Notes under the pieces: generated by a model
Databases searched by the model: none
What the model saw: the letters and a program-made list of their open reading frames with translations, nothing else
Told to the model about the DNA's origin: nothing
Shown here: one piece after another, positions 52,117-64,000 of the stretch
How positions within the stretch are numbered: position 1 is the stretch's first letter
How the letters are laid out: each line of letters opens with the position of its first letter
Position numbers and translations under genes: made by a program
Assembly (NCBI RefSeq): GCF_006345805.1
Contig: NC_043016.1
Coordinates: forward strand, 25,358,001-25,422,000
Origin: Octopus sinensis
Lineage: Eukaryota
Direction: 5' to 3'
Length of the DNA: 64,000 bases

Positions 52117-52344
52117 ACCAAGTAAGTTAGGGATTGTGGATCCAACCCACTAAGGGATAATACTTATCCAATATACTGTTGGTATAATACCCAATTATTA
52201 ATACACCAGTGTTTTAATTGCAATGCAATAAACTTACTAATTGTATTAAATGGGTGAAGGTAAAGAAATATTTTACCATTAATTATATTACAAATAAGAA
52301 AATGGAGAAGCACATTAGTTGGTTCATTCCCATTTTCTTATTTG

Positions 52345-52413
<69 letters not shown>

Positions 52414-52620
52414 ATATGTTTGTGTGTCTGTGTTTGTCACCCCAACATCGATTGACAACCGATGCTGGTGTGTTTACATACCTGTAACCTAGTTCGGCAA
52501 AAGAGACTAATATAATAAGTACTAGACTTACAAAGAATAAGTCCTGGGGTCGATTTGCTCGACTAAAGGCAGTGCTCCAGCATGGCCGCAGTCAAATGAT
52601 TGAAACAAGTAAAAGAGTCC
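51928..52620 (+). mobile_element. CORE-type SINE split at its internal microsatellite by a ~250-bp insertion
   Basis: 5' half 51928-52080, unrelated sequence ~52110-52345, 3' half 52400-52620. Confidence 0.75.
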
Positions 52621-53858
52621 CACTTTGTTACCTAAGTATATTCTGTCATTACTGCCAGTTTCTATCACAATTTGCTTTCATTTTCAGGACAATTTATCTT
52701 TATGTTTTTACAATGGTAAACAGAATGTTAACCAAAATAAGTACCAGTTGAGCACTGGGGTTGATGTATTGATCATCTAACTCTCCACAAAATTGCTGAC
52801 CTTGTACATATAATAAAAAATGAATTATTACTTCACTTCTAAAGGGAGTGAAAATTTAGGGTAGTAGTGTGTAGATACAGAAAGTAAATATAATGGTGTG
52901 TAGAGACAGAAAGTGTGGATCCTGGGTACAAACAAATCTGACACAACCTTTTATACATTGGTATCTTGATGAATAAGGAATGTAGTGTGGGTGTTTGTAA
53001 TAGTCAAGTCCAATACTATCACTCTTTATGCAGGCAGCATGAATGATAGAGATAAGTAATGGAGCTGAGTGATACAAGGTTGTGTAATTCAGACACATGT
53101 ACATACATACATGTATGTATGCATGTATGCATACATACATGTTTGTATGTATGTATGTATGTATGTATGTAAGGGAAGGTATACACAGCATATAAACTCC
53201 TTCAGGAGCAAGGGTAGAAAAAACTCCACTTCACTGTCCCAACTCATCTGGAGACTCTGTGACCACTGGAACAACTTCCCCAACATCAAATGGAATAAAA
53301 AATTTATGTCACCCCCACCCTACCTATTTTTCTGGGCATTTGCCACTATCTAAATAACTTCCTCTGAGATTTGTTTTTTTATGTGGTCAAGTGAATATAG
53401 CCATAGGAAATTAGGATTTAGGAGAATAAATAAACAATATCAATTTATGACCAGCAACTAGAATTTAACTCCTAGTGTCTTAATACTAGCTGCATTAGAT
53501 CTTTTAATGATAATAACAGGATAGATAAAAATTCTAGCTAAATTACCAATCTCATGACTCCCTCAGTGTTTCCACTTCTGCCATTCCAAAATTGTAGTTG
53601 TTTCTCTATAAGCTTATTCTGCCACATTAGTAGTAGCATGGAATTCCTTCCTTCTGTAGCTCTAATGAAATATTTGCTAAAAAGTATAATAGAATACCCT
53701 GACTGTTGAAAATTTGTATATTGCAACTGAAGATGGCGCTGTATTTCAAATTGATAGAATGCTTGCATTGTTAGATTAAATGGAGCCACTGTTTTGCATT
53801 AATATCTTGACATGCTTGTTACTTATTTGCTTCTTATTCACATAATTTTGAGGCTTAT

Positions 53859-53906
<48 letters not shown>

Positions 53907-53940
53907 TTATATGTATATACATACATATATATTTATATAT

Positions 53941-53976
53941 ACTAGCTGAAGGTGACCCGCTCTACGCGCGGGTAAG
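53941..53976 (+). mobile_element. Possible Helitron-like terminus
   Basis: actagctg..acccgc-tctac-gcgcgggt small GC hairpin directly after (TA)n. Confidence 0.35.
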
Positions 53977-53994
53977 AGTGTGGTTGTTACTTTC

Positions 53995-54320
53995 TGTTGC
54001 TTCCTTTCAGCACGTAAAAAGCACCATCCGAACGTGGCCGATTGCAGCATCGCCTTGACTGGCTTCTGTGCCGGTGGCACGTAAAAAGCACCAACCGATC
54101 GTGGCTGCTGCCAGCCCCCCTGGCACCTGTGCCGGTGGCACGAAAAAAGCACCCACTACACTCACAGAGTGGTTGGCGTTAGGAAGGTCATCCACCTGTA
54201 GAAACACTGCCAGATCAGACTGGAGCATTGTGCAGCCTCCTGGCTTCCCAGACCCCGGTCAAATTGTCCAACCCGTGCTAGCACGGAAAACGGACGTTAA
54301 ACGATGATGATGATGATGAT
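53995..54320 (+). mobile_element. RTE-tail repeat with internal gcacgtaaaaagcacc tandem units and (GAT)n tail
   Basis: Reverse complement of the 61712-62190 family. Confidence 0.8.
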
Positions 54321-54643
54321 TGTCCCTCTTTGTTTCTCTCTCCTTTCTCTCTCACTTTCCCCACTCTCTTACTCTTTCTTTCTCTCGGACTCTCCCTCGC
54401 TTTCTCTTACTCTCTATCTTTATCTATCTCTCTCCCATTTATAAACAACAAAAGATCTTGAGTAAGTTGAGAAATAAAATATTTAGAAAGATCAATCATA
54501 AATATCAGGCAGTAACAACGGAAAGGTCTGCTTCAAGGCAGACAGCAAAACACTAACATTTAAAAGGGACAGACGAACTTGCGAGCTGAATAGAAATAAT
54601 AAAATATTGGAAACCAAAGTTTGAAGGGATAGAATGTGAGGAT

Positions 54644-54936
54644 AGTAGAGTCACCATGGCTGGCATTTCTTAACGACGGACAGCAACGTTTTGACAGTTT
54701 AACGGCTGGCGTAAAATTTTGAAGTTGATGTAAAAGAAAATCCCTAAACACCAAGTTTTGAAGTGATTCTTTCTCACGACAGTAGACTCACCATGGCAAG
54801 CATTCAAAACTTCTTCATCATGGACGGCAAACATTGACGATTAAAAGGCTGGCGCAAATTTTTTAGCTTGATGTAACAGAGAATTCCTAAACACCCGCTC
54901 CTTTAAATTTTAATCCCCTTCCAGCGCCATTTATAC
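54644..54936 (-). promoter_or_regulatory. TATA-box promoter with tandemly duplicated first exon ending ATG|GT
   Basis: TATAAA at 54935-54930; exon A ends atg ctt gcc ATG|gtgagt (54792); exon B ends atg cca gcc ATG|gtgact (54655); 137-bp period. Confidence 0.55.
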
Positions 54937-55128
54937 CCCTTTTCACATTTTGGTTAATATAACCCATTTCATTCGGGTGTACTGGGGCCACATTTTATAA
55001 TGAGGAATTTTGTCCTAGAGGTCACACGTTTCATTGAGGAAAGAAAATAGTTGTCATGCAAACTTGCCAGCACTTTTAACATAGGTCTGCATTTTTTCAG
55101 CTGAACCGACCGACCACATAATGCACAC

Positions 55129-55181
<53 letters not shown>

Positions 55182-55993
55182 GTGTGTGTGTGTGTGTTGG
55201 AGTGTCTCTCATACGTGAGCGTTGACGCTGAATTTGACTGGTAAGCAGGTAACCTTGTCTTTGTTGAAATAGTTGTGAGCTGCTGGAGTTATTTCTCTGA
55301 CGGGTAATAGGAATTTCCATATCCTCCGAGGAAACGAACTGTTGACCCAGACAATTAGAATTAATTTTAATAAAAGCATCAATTTAAGAAAAAATATAAA
55401 GTAGTAAAAATGAAAATTTAGCATGAAAAATTTGCAGGGTTCTAAATAAATGTTAAAATGTAATAGATACGAAAAACCTATGTTATCACCAGAACACGAA
55501 CGCTCGTTGGTGTGTTCAGTTTGTATTTGCTCGATCGGCGCGTTGACAGGCAGACAATAGAATGGATGGCGAGATTCATAATATTTGTTGTCATGATTGT
55601 GTGTTGGTGGTGGCAATGGTAATTCTCTCTATGAATGCAGACAGATACATAAAAGAAAGCCGTTTGAGGAAGTGAAAGTAATGGGAATGTATGAAATAGA
55701 GTGAGTGAAAAAGTGCTGGGAAGAGAGGAAATAGCGAGAGTGAGTTGAGGAAGACAGATACATTAAAGAACAGGACTGGACTTGTCAAAGTGGGGTTTTG
55801 GCCCTAGCAACGACACCTTTTAAGATAGGGATTTCTAAGGTAGCCCACGGGCATCGTCACCTCATTTTACAAGTCCCTGTAAATTTGGAGTGAATCGGAC
55901 GGGATGTAGTGGCCTTGAAAGCGATCCAGCGGTAAAACGCATTTCAGTTTTATATATAGAGAATATAATATATATTACATATCTAATATATAT

Positions 55994-56039
<46 letters not shown>

Positions 56040-56254
56040 TGTTATGTCTGGGGAGAGTCATTCTCTTGTAGTGCCTTATAATTAATACACTCACTGGTAA
56101 AATTTCTACTCATTTCCTTCTTTATTTTTCTAAAATTTTCATTGCATCCTGCAACCTTTTCAATAGTTATTGACTCTGTTTTGTTTGTTTGTGCACATGT
56201 GTGTGTGTCATTACATATAATGTTATCTATTTAGATAACATTATATGTAATGAT

Positions 56255-56850
56255 ATCAGTGGTACCTGCCCTAGATATAGAAACAAAGACTGGAATAGGA
56301 TACAAAGAACTTGTGACAAAGCAAACAAGGTGAACGTGTGGTATAAAACCAACAAATATCAAGGAGTAATGTTTGTAGAGGCCACAGCCAATGGAGAACT
56401 AGCCTGTAGATTTAGGAAAGCTGCAAAGGAGATCAAACTCAACATAAAGATTGTTGAAAAGCCAGGGAATTCCATCAGATCACAACTATGTACGATGTAC
56501 CCTTTTGAGAATACCATATGCACCAATGATAACTGCATGGCATGTGGGATTAGCCCTGGCATTAACTGTAGAACTCGAAATGTAGTTTACAGCATAAGAT
56601 GCATAGAAGGTGCTTGTAAAGATATGAACATGACATATATAGGGGAGACATCTAGGAGCATTGCAGAATGACTAAATGAACATTTGAGACAATATGACGA
56701 CAAAAAACACACCCTACCAACGTGGAGGCAACCTAGGTCAACTTGACATCTGCATCTTATCCAAGCACCCAAAGGACCCAACACTCAGACAAATACAGGA
56801 ATACATCCTCATAAATGAAAATTTCCCAATACTAAATAGGAAATATACGT
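56255..56850 (+). pseudogene. Penelope-like element GIY-YIG endonuclease fragment
   Basis: WYK..YQGVMFVEAT.NGEL..CTNDNCMAC..CRTRNVVYSIRC..YIGETSRSIAE*LNEH..RQIQEYILIN. Confidence 0.85.
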
Positions 56851-57419
56851 AGTAGAGATCATACCCACAGTTTATACAGGTAGAGTAGAATAGTTAGTGG
56901 GCTGTTATGTAGATAGATGTGGGTGTGTGTATATGTGTATGCACATGTATGTAGGCATATGGATATGAAAGTAAACAGATTAACATACAGACGGACAGGT
57001 ACATAGGTTATTTGAACAGACAACCACACATACACAATTGAAGACTGAAACACATGACCATATACACACACACACTTCACTTCACACAAGGACACATATG
57101 GAGACATGTGTCCACACACATATGGAGATGCACATCCATACATACAAACACAGTACATAGTTGCAAAACACCCATACACACATACACACACAAGGAGACA
57201 GAGATACACACACACATACACACATGCAAACACACATACACACGCACAAACATGGACACAGAAACACATGAATATGCAGAATACATACATGCAAATGAAC
57301 ATACATATATACATATGCACACATACACATAATGCATGCATACATACATACATGTGTATGCACACACACGTGCACATAAACAAACAAAGAGAGCGCAATG
57401 TGAATAATAGACAGAGTCA

Positions 57420-57832
57420 ACAACTCTCTTTTACTCTTTTACTTGTTTCAGTCATTTGACTGCGGCCATGCTGGAGCACCCGCCTTTAGTCGAGCAAATC
57501 GACCCTGGGACTTATACCTTGTAAGCCCAGTACTTATTCTATCGGTCTCTTTTGCCAAACTGCTAAGTGACGGTGACGTAAACACACCAGCATCGGTTGT
57601 CAAGCAATGCTAGTGGACAAACACAAACACACAAACATACACACACACATATATATATATACATATATACGACGGGCTTCTTTCAGTTTCTGTCTACCAA
57701 ATCCACTCACAAGGCTTTGGTCGGCCCGAGGCTATAGTAGACGACACTTACCCAAGGTGCCACGCAGTGTGACTGAACCCGGAACCATGTGGTTGGTAAG
57801 CAAGCTACTTACCGCACAGCCACTCCTACGCC
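57420..57832 (-). mobile_element. CORE-type SINE, full length
   Basis: Reverse complement of 59585-59965. Confidence 0.9.
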
Positions 57833-58283
57833 TGATTGCAAAACACAACGAAAATTTTAGAAAAATAAAGAAAGAAATGAGAGGAAATTTTACCAGTGAG
57901 TGTGTTAAATTGTAAGGCACTAAAAGAGAATGACTCTCCCGAGACACAACAGAATATGCTTCAACACACAAACTCACATAAAATATTTTGTAAACCAAAA
58001 ATGAAATATATATATACATATGTAATTATATATATATGGAGTAGACGAAACAGAGGCGGCAGAAGAAGGGGAATTTTCCTTGTGTTGAATGTCTTGTACT
58101 GTTTTTTCATTGTTTAAAAAAATGTCCGTTTCCATGGTTTTGTTTTTATGTTTTCATTTTTCATTGTGTTCGACGTTATTTTGGTGTCCTGTACCCATAT
58201 ATGCATGTATATATACATATCGATGTAGGTACGTACATATATGTATGTATATATGCATAAGTTTTATTTATTATTTTATTATT

Positions 58284-58314
<31 letters not shown>

Positions 58315-58790
58315 AACATATATATATGAGAGATACAGGAATAATTTATTCTCAAACACATGATGATGCTAATACAATAGCATGAACAGGATAAACTATC
58401 CATATATTGCAGAAAAAATCATTACCAGCCAGCCATGTGACTTGAATTCACATCCCTGCAATTACGCATCAAGTGCTTTACCTTTAAGATAAACTGCCCA
58501 GTAATGAATTGTTCTGTAATTTTAGGATTTATAAATCTAGCTTTATAAAATGCTAACATTAAATTCAATTTACTATGAAAGTAAACAAAGTTTGCTTTAG
58601 AAGTATTGAGATGTATTGAAAGATACAGAAATAATTTATTCTCAAACCATGATAATGCAAATACAATAGCATGAACAGGATGTATATATATATATATGTA
58701 TGTATATATGTGTGTGTGTGTATATATGTATTTATATATATATGTATAGATAGATAGATAGATATTATACATACATACTTGTGTATATGA

Positions 58791-58852
<62 letters not shown>

Positions 58853-59164
58853 CACATACAGATATATAGAAGTATTTAAATATGTATGTATATATCTAAC
58901 TGCATATCATGCTTTATTGCAGCTCAAATTTTCGTTGGAATTTTGAATATTAAACATTGTACAAGCATGAAACTTGGTTCACTGAAAGATCTTAGACAGG
59001 TACATATGCAGTGAACATTTCAATCATATTGATAAGCTACAGACAAAGTTATGTTGAGTTATGTATTTTGAGGTGATTTCAACTGTGTCATACTTTATTG
59101 CATACATACATACATACATATATATATATGTATACACACACTCATACACTTACACATATATGAA

Positions 59165-59538
59165 ATATGTGGTAAGTAGCTTACTTCCCAACGATATGGT
59201 TCCAGGTTCAGTCCCACTGCGTAGCACCTTGGGCAAGTGTCTTCTACTATAGCCTCGGGCCAACCAAAGCCTTGTGAGTGGATTTGGTAGGCGGAAACTG
59301 AAAGAAGCCTGTTGTATGTGTGTGTGTTTGTGTGTTTGTGTTTGTCCCCACCACCTTTGCTTGACAACTAATATTGGTGTGTTTATGTACCCGTCACTTA
59401 GCGGTTCGGCAAAAGAGATCAATAGTATAAGTATTAGCCATTCAAAGAATAAGTCCCGGGGTCATTTTGTTCAACTAAAGACAGTGCTCCATCATGGCCA
59501 CAGTCAAATGATTGAAACAAGTAAAAGAATCAAAGAAA

Positions 59539-59569
<31 letters not shown>

Positions 59570-59965
59570 CATACATATATACATAGGCGCAGGAGTGGCT
59601 GTGTGGTAAGTAGCTTGTTTACCAACCACATAGTTCCGGGTTCAGTCCCACTGCGTGGCACCTTGGGCAAGTGTCTTCTACTATAGCCTCAGGCCGACCA
59701 AAGCCTTGTGAGTGGATTTGGTAGACGGAAACTGAAAGAAGCCCATCGTATATATTTATATATATATATATAATATATATATATATGCATGTGTGTGTTT
59801 GTCCCCCTAGCATTGCTTGACAACCGATGCCGGTGTGTTTATGTCCTCGTTACTTAGCAGTTCGGCAAAAAGAGACCGATAGAATAAGTACTCGGCTTAC
59901 AAAAAGAATAAGTCCCGGGGGTCGAGTTGCTTGATTAAAAGCGGTGCTCCAGCATGGCCGCAGTC
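59165..59965 (+). mobile_element. Two head-to-tail CORE-type SINEs
   Basis: ~59165-59530 and ~59585-59965. Confidence 0.9.
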
Positions 59966-60296
59966 CCGGTGCTAATGTAAAAGACTCTTGTCAAATGAGC
60001 CAACTGCGCTAGATATTACAGTACCACCTTGTAGATTAGGTCGTCAGTTCAAATCCAAAGCATATTTTTCAGATCCAGTGAATTGGTTGGGGGTATGAAG
60101 ATGTGATCAAAAGTTTTGTTTCACAGAAACAGCGGCATCCATTCTGAGTTCAATTCCACAGCACTGTGTCTTACTTAGACAAGTTTCTTCTACCATATGT
60201 ATGGTCTGGCCAAAGCCTTGTCATTGAAATTTGGTAGATGGGAACTGTATAAGAAGTCTTTTGGAAGAACTGCCATTTCTGCTTTGGAGTGGTAGG

Positions 60297-60660
60297 CTTA
60301 ACGCTTCTGTTACAGTATTTCAGTCTTCTTCCTTTATTTTACTTAATTCTGGAAATAACGAAGAGTTTATTAAAATAACTCTTTCACTATTAAGCAGGTA
60401 TTTGATACATAAATTAACCTGAAACTTTGATGATATGGATTTTGAATTAGTTCACTTTAACCTTTTTGTTACCTTCTTTCTGCTGAAATATTTTTTTCCA
60501 ATCATAATTTTGAAAATAATCAAGAATTTACTAAAATAACTTTGTGATTATTAAGCAGGGTTTGATACATAAAAAGTTTTAATTTAATTGCTTTAAAGCC
60601 GGAAGTTTATATCACAGAACCAGGGGTGGTCTCATGTGGGTTGGTATCAAAAGAGTTTAT
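60297..60660. mobile_element. TTAA-type MITE family with internal ~160-bp repeat
   Basis: ttaacgcttctgttac.. / ttaacctttttgttacc.. ..ggtatcaaaagagttta; related copy at 63655-63845. Confidence 0.55.
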
Positions 60661-61304
60661 CTGTTGTTGACTATAGTACCACCATCACTGCCACTGCCAC
60701 CACTACCACCACCTGGTCCTTGAGGGTCTTTAGTGGGAATCCACTCTGCTACAAACATTTAGTCTAGGTCTTTGGTTTGATGGCCACTTCCCCTTGTCCC
60801 TACCCCTCTCTCCTTCCCACCATTCTTGGAGGCTCTGTAAAGGGTCATGATGGCATTCCCTTTCCTGTTCTGATTAAGCTATTAAAATAAGATGTACATA
60901 AATAATATACATACACATATACATACACAGGTGTACAAGTATATATAATGCATATACCAACACAGAGATATACACAGACATAAACATAGGCCTACACACA
61001 CACACACACACACACAATCACATGCACAAACACACACACACAATCACACGCACAAACACACACACACGCACACAATCACACACACAAACACACACACAAA
61101 CTCATACACATACAACTAGCCATCCACACACACACACATTCACATTTTCTCACATAGTCACTTTCATGCAAATATAAACTCTAATGCACACACATGTACA
61201 AATACATCCAATGCACACACACTCACACATACACACACATGGCACACACCACATACCATATATTCATTCTTATATATAAATATATTATATATATATATAT
61301 TCTT

Positions 61305-61524
61305 TTACTCTTTTACTTATTTCAGTCACTTGACTGCGGCCATGCTGGAGCACCACCTTTAATCGAGCAACTCGACCCCGGGACTTATTCTTTTGTAAGC
61401 CCAGTACTTATTCTATCGGTCTCTTTTGCCGAACCGCTAAGTTACAGGGACATAAACACACCAGCATCGGTTGTCAAGCAAGGCTAGGGGGACAAACACA
61501 GACACACAAACACACACACAACGC

Positions 61525-61556
<32 letters not shown>

Positions 61557-61710
61557 GGCTTCTTTCAGTTTCTGTCTACCAAATCCACTCACAAGGTTTG
61601 GTCGGCCTGAGGCTATAGTAGAAGACACTTGCCCAAGGTTCCACACAGTGGGACCGAACCTGGAACCATGTGGTTGGTAAGCAAGCTACTTACCACACAG
61701 CCACTCCTGC
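61305..61710 (-). mobile_element. CORE-type SINE, full length
   Basis: Reverse complement of 59585-59965. Confidence 0.9.
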
Positions 61711-61711
61711 T

Positions 61712-62190
61712 ATCATCATCATCATCATCATCGTTTAACGTCCATTCTCCATGCTAGCATGGGTTGGACGGTTCGACCGGGGATCTGGGAAGCCAGAAGG
61801 CTGCACCAGGCTCCGGTCTTATCTGGCAATGTTTCTACAGCTGGATGCCCTTCCTAACGCCAACCACTCCGTGAGTGTAGTGGGTGATTTTTACGTGCCA
61901 CCTCCACTGGTGCCAGGCGAGGCTGGCATCAGCCACGGTCGGATTGGTGCATTTTACGTGCCACCTGCACGGAAGCCAGTCGAGGCGGCACTGGCTTCGG
62001 CCACGATTCGGATGGTGCTTTTTACGTGCCACCGACACGGAAGCCAGCCGAGGCGGCGCTGGCATCAGCCACGATTTGGATAGTGCTTTTTACGTATCTC
62101 CAGTCCAGGGGTCCTGGCATCTGCTGGGTGCCAGTCATAGGATTGGTTCAATTTCGATTCCGATTTCACTTGCCCCAACAGGTCTTCGCA
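61712..62190 (-). mobile_element. RTE-tail repeat with internal ~60-68-bp GC-rich tandem units
   Basis: Four ..ttttacgtgccacc/..ttttacgtatc unit starts between 61885 and 62100. Confidence 0.85.
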
Positions 62191-62192
62191 AG

Positions 62193-62233
<41 letters not shown>

Positions 62234-62764
62234 CTTGCATATTTATACTTTCCATTCACCAGACTGATACACATTCATACATATTCACACACATACACAA
62301 AACATGCATACACATGCACACACCTCCATCCATACACACACACACACATCCACACATACATACACTTCCATGCAGTCATACACATCTAACCCCCCCCCCA
62401 TATACACACATGCACGCACATACACAATATCAATACAAATTCAAATACATACTCAACCTATGCACACACACATGCACACGCACACACACACACACACACA
62501 TACACACACACATACACACACTACAAATCTGTAGGTGGCAGGAAAGAATCAGATCTCTGATGTTTTTGATTCTAAAGAACTTTTGCAATTTTTATCTTTA
62601 TATTTTGGCCCAAGGCCAGCAATTTCAGGAGTAGGGTAATTTGATTACATTGACCCTGGTACTCAACTCGTACTTATTTTATCGACTCTCAAACATATGA
62701 AAGGCAGAGTCGACATCGATAGCATTTTAACACAAAATGTAAAGATGGCTGAAATATTGCTAAA

Positions 62765-63190
62765 TAGGCGCAGGAGTGGTTGTGTGGTAAATAGCTTGCT
62801 TAAAAACTACATGGTCCCGGGTTCAGTCCCACTGCATGGCACCTTCGGCAAGTGTCTTCTACTATAGCCTCGGGTCGACCAAAGCCTTGTGAGTGGATTT
62901 GGTAGACGGAAACTGGAAGAAGCCTGTCGTATATTTATATATATATATATATGTGTGTGTGCGTGTGTGTGTGTGTGCTTGTGTGTCTGTGTTTGTATCC
63001 CCCGACATCACTTGACAACCAATGCTTATGTGTTTATGTCCCTGTAACTTAGCGGTTCTGCAAGAGAGACCGATAGAATAAATACTTGGCTTACAAAGAA
63101 TAAGCTGTGTGGTCGATTTGCTCGACTAAAGGCGGTGCTCCAGCATGGCCACAGTCAAATGACTGAAACAAATAAAAGAATAAAAGAATA
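62765..63190 (+). mobile_element. CORE-type SINE, full length
   Basis: ggcgcaggagtggttgtgtggtaa..gcatggccacagtcaaatgactgaaac. Confidence 0.9.
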
Positions 63191-64000
63191 AATGTTATTC
63201 CTGTTGTATTAACAATTCTGCCAGCTCACTGCCTTAAACCTTAGTAAATTATTCCGACGTTAAAGCAATAGAGGACAGAACTGAAGAATTGTTGCAGATT
63301 CCTGCATAGTTTAAGTTTACCAGAAGGAATCTACCTGGGAATCAGTATCCTTCAGCAATCAGTAACCTTCAGCGATCATCTCGTAATCACAATATGCACT
63401 CATTAGGGAAGATAATAACCATGAAATGAAAGAACCCTAAGAAACACACACACACACACAAATCTAGAAACATATACATCTGCTGATTGGAATGATAACT
63501 GCCAAGTAGCTGAACTCCACTGGGAAAATGTTACTCATCAATACCATATGGTGTGTGTGTATGTGTGTGTTCGTGTGTGTGTGTGTGTGTATGCATGTGG
63601 TGGTGGAGAGTGTTTAGTGGTGAAGATGTGGCAGATAACATAGGAAGTATTTCATTAACACTTTTGTTACCGTATTTCTGTTGAAATATGTTAACCAAAC
63701 ACTGCCTTTGTTTCAATTGGTTTTGAAAATAATGAAGAATTTTGATAAGCAGGTGTTTGGAACATAAGTAATGAGGAAATTTTGATGGGAAGGTTTTAAT
63801 TTAGATCACTTTAACCCCTTTGTTACCATATTTCTGCTAAAATATACTCTCTTTTTACTCTTTTACTTCTTTCAGTCATTTGACTGTGGCCATGCTGGAG
63901 CATTGCCTTTAGTTGAGCAAATCGACCCCAGGACTTATTCTTTGGAAGCCTGGTACTTATTCTATCGGTCTCTTTTGCCAATCCAGTAAGTTACAGGGAC

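Overview
AT-rich, microsatellite-dense eukaryotic genomic DNA. It is most likely from a coleoid cephalopod (Octopus-type), inferred from its tRNA-derived SINE families. It is largely intronic/intergenic with one 100-N gap (31057-31156). No complete host protein-coding gene can be identified, and almost all supplied ORFs are microsatellite or repeat artefacts. The recognisable coding remnants are all transposon-derived: a Tx1/L1-type LINE fused to an RTE LINE (22.4-28.2 kb), three mariner remnants, Gypsy integrase/protease fragments, a HERO/R2-like REL-endonuclease fragment, an RTE C-terminus and a Penelope GIY-YIG fragment. There are also many SINEs and several MITEs. The most notable observations are: (i) two unrelated cargo segments each flanked by perfect 19-bp direct repeats with no poly-A, one a Gypsy integrase piece and one a CpG-rich promoter/first-exon-like segment; (ii) a young MITE with perfect 114-bp TIRs, TGT..ACA ends and a 4-bp TSD (Ginger-like); (iii) a TATA promoter followed by a tandemly duplicated ATG|GT first exon; (iv) several long fold-back structures that would be ADAR-type dsRNA if transcribed. 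All coordinates were read by hand and repeat boundaries are approximate.
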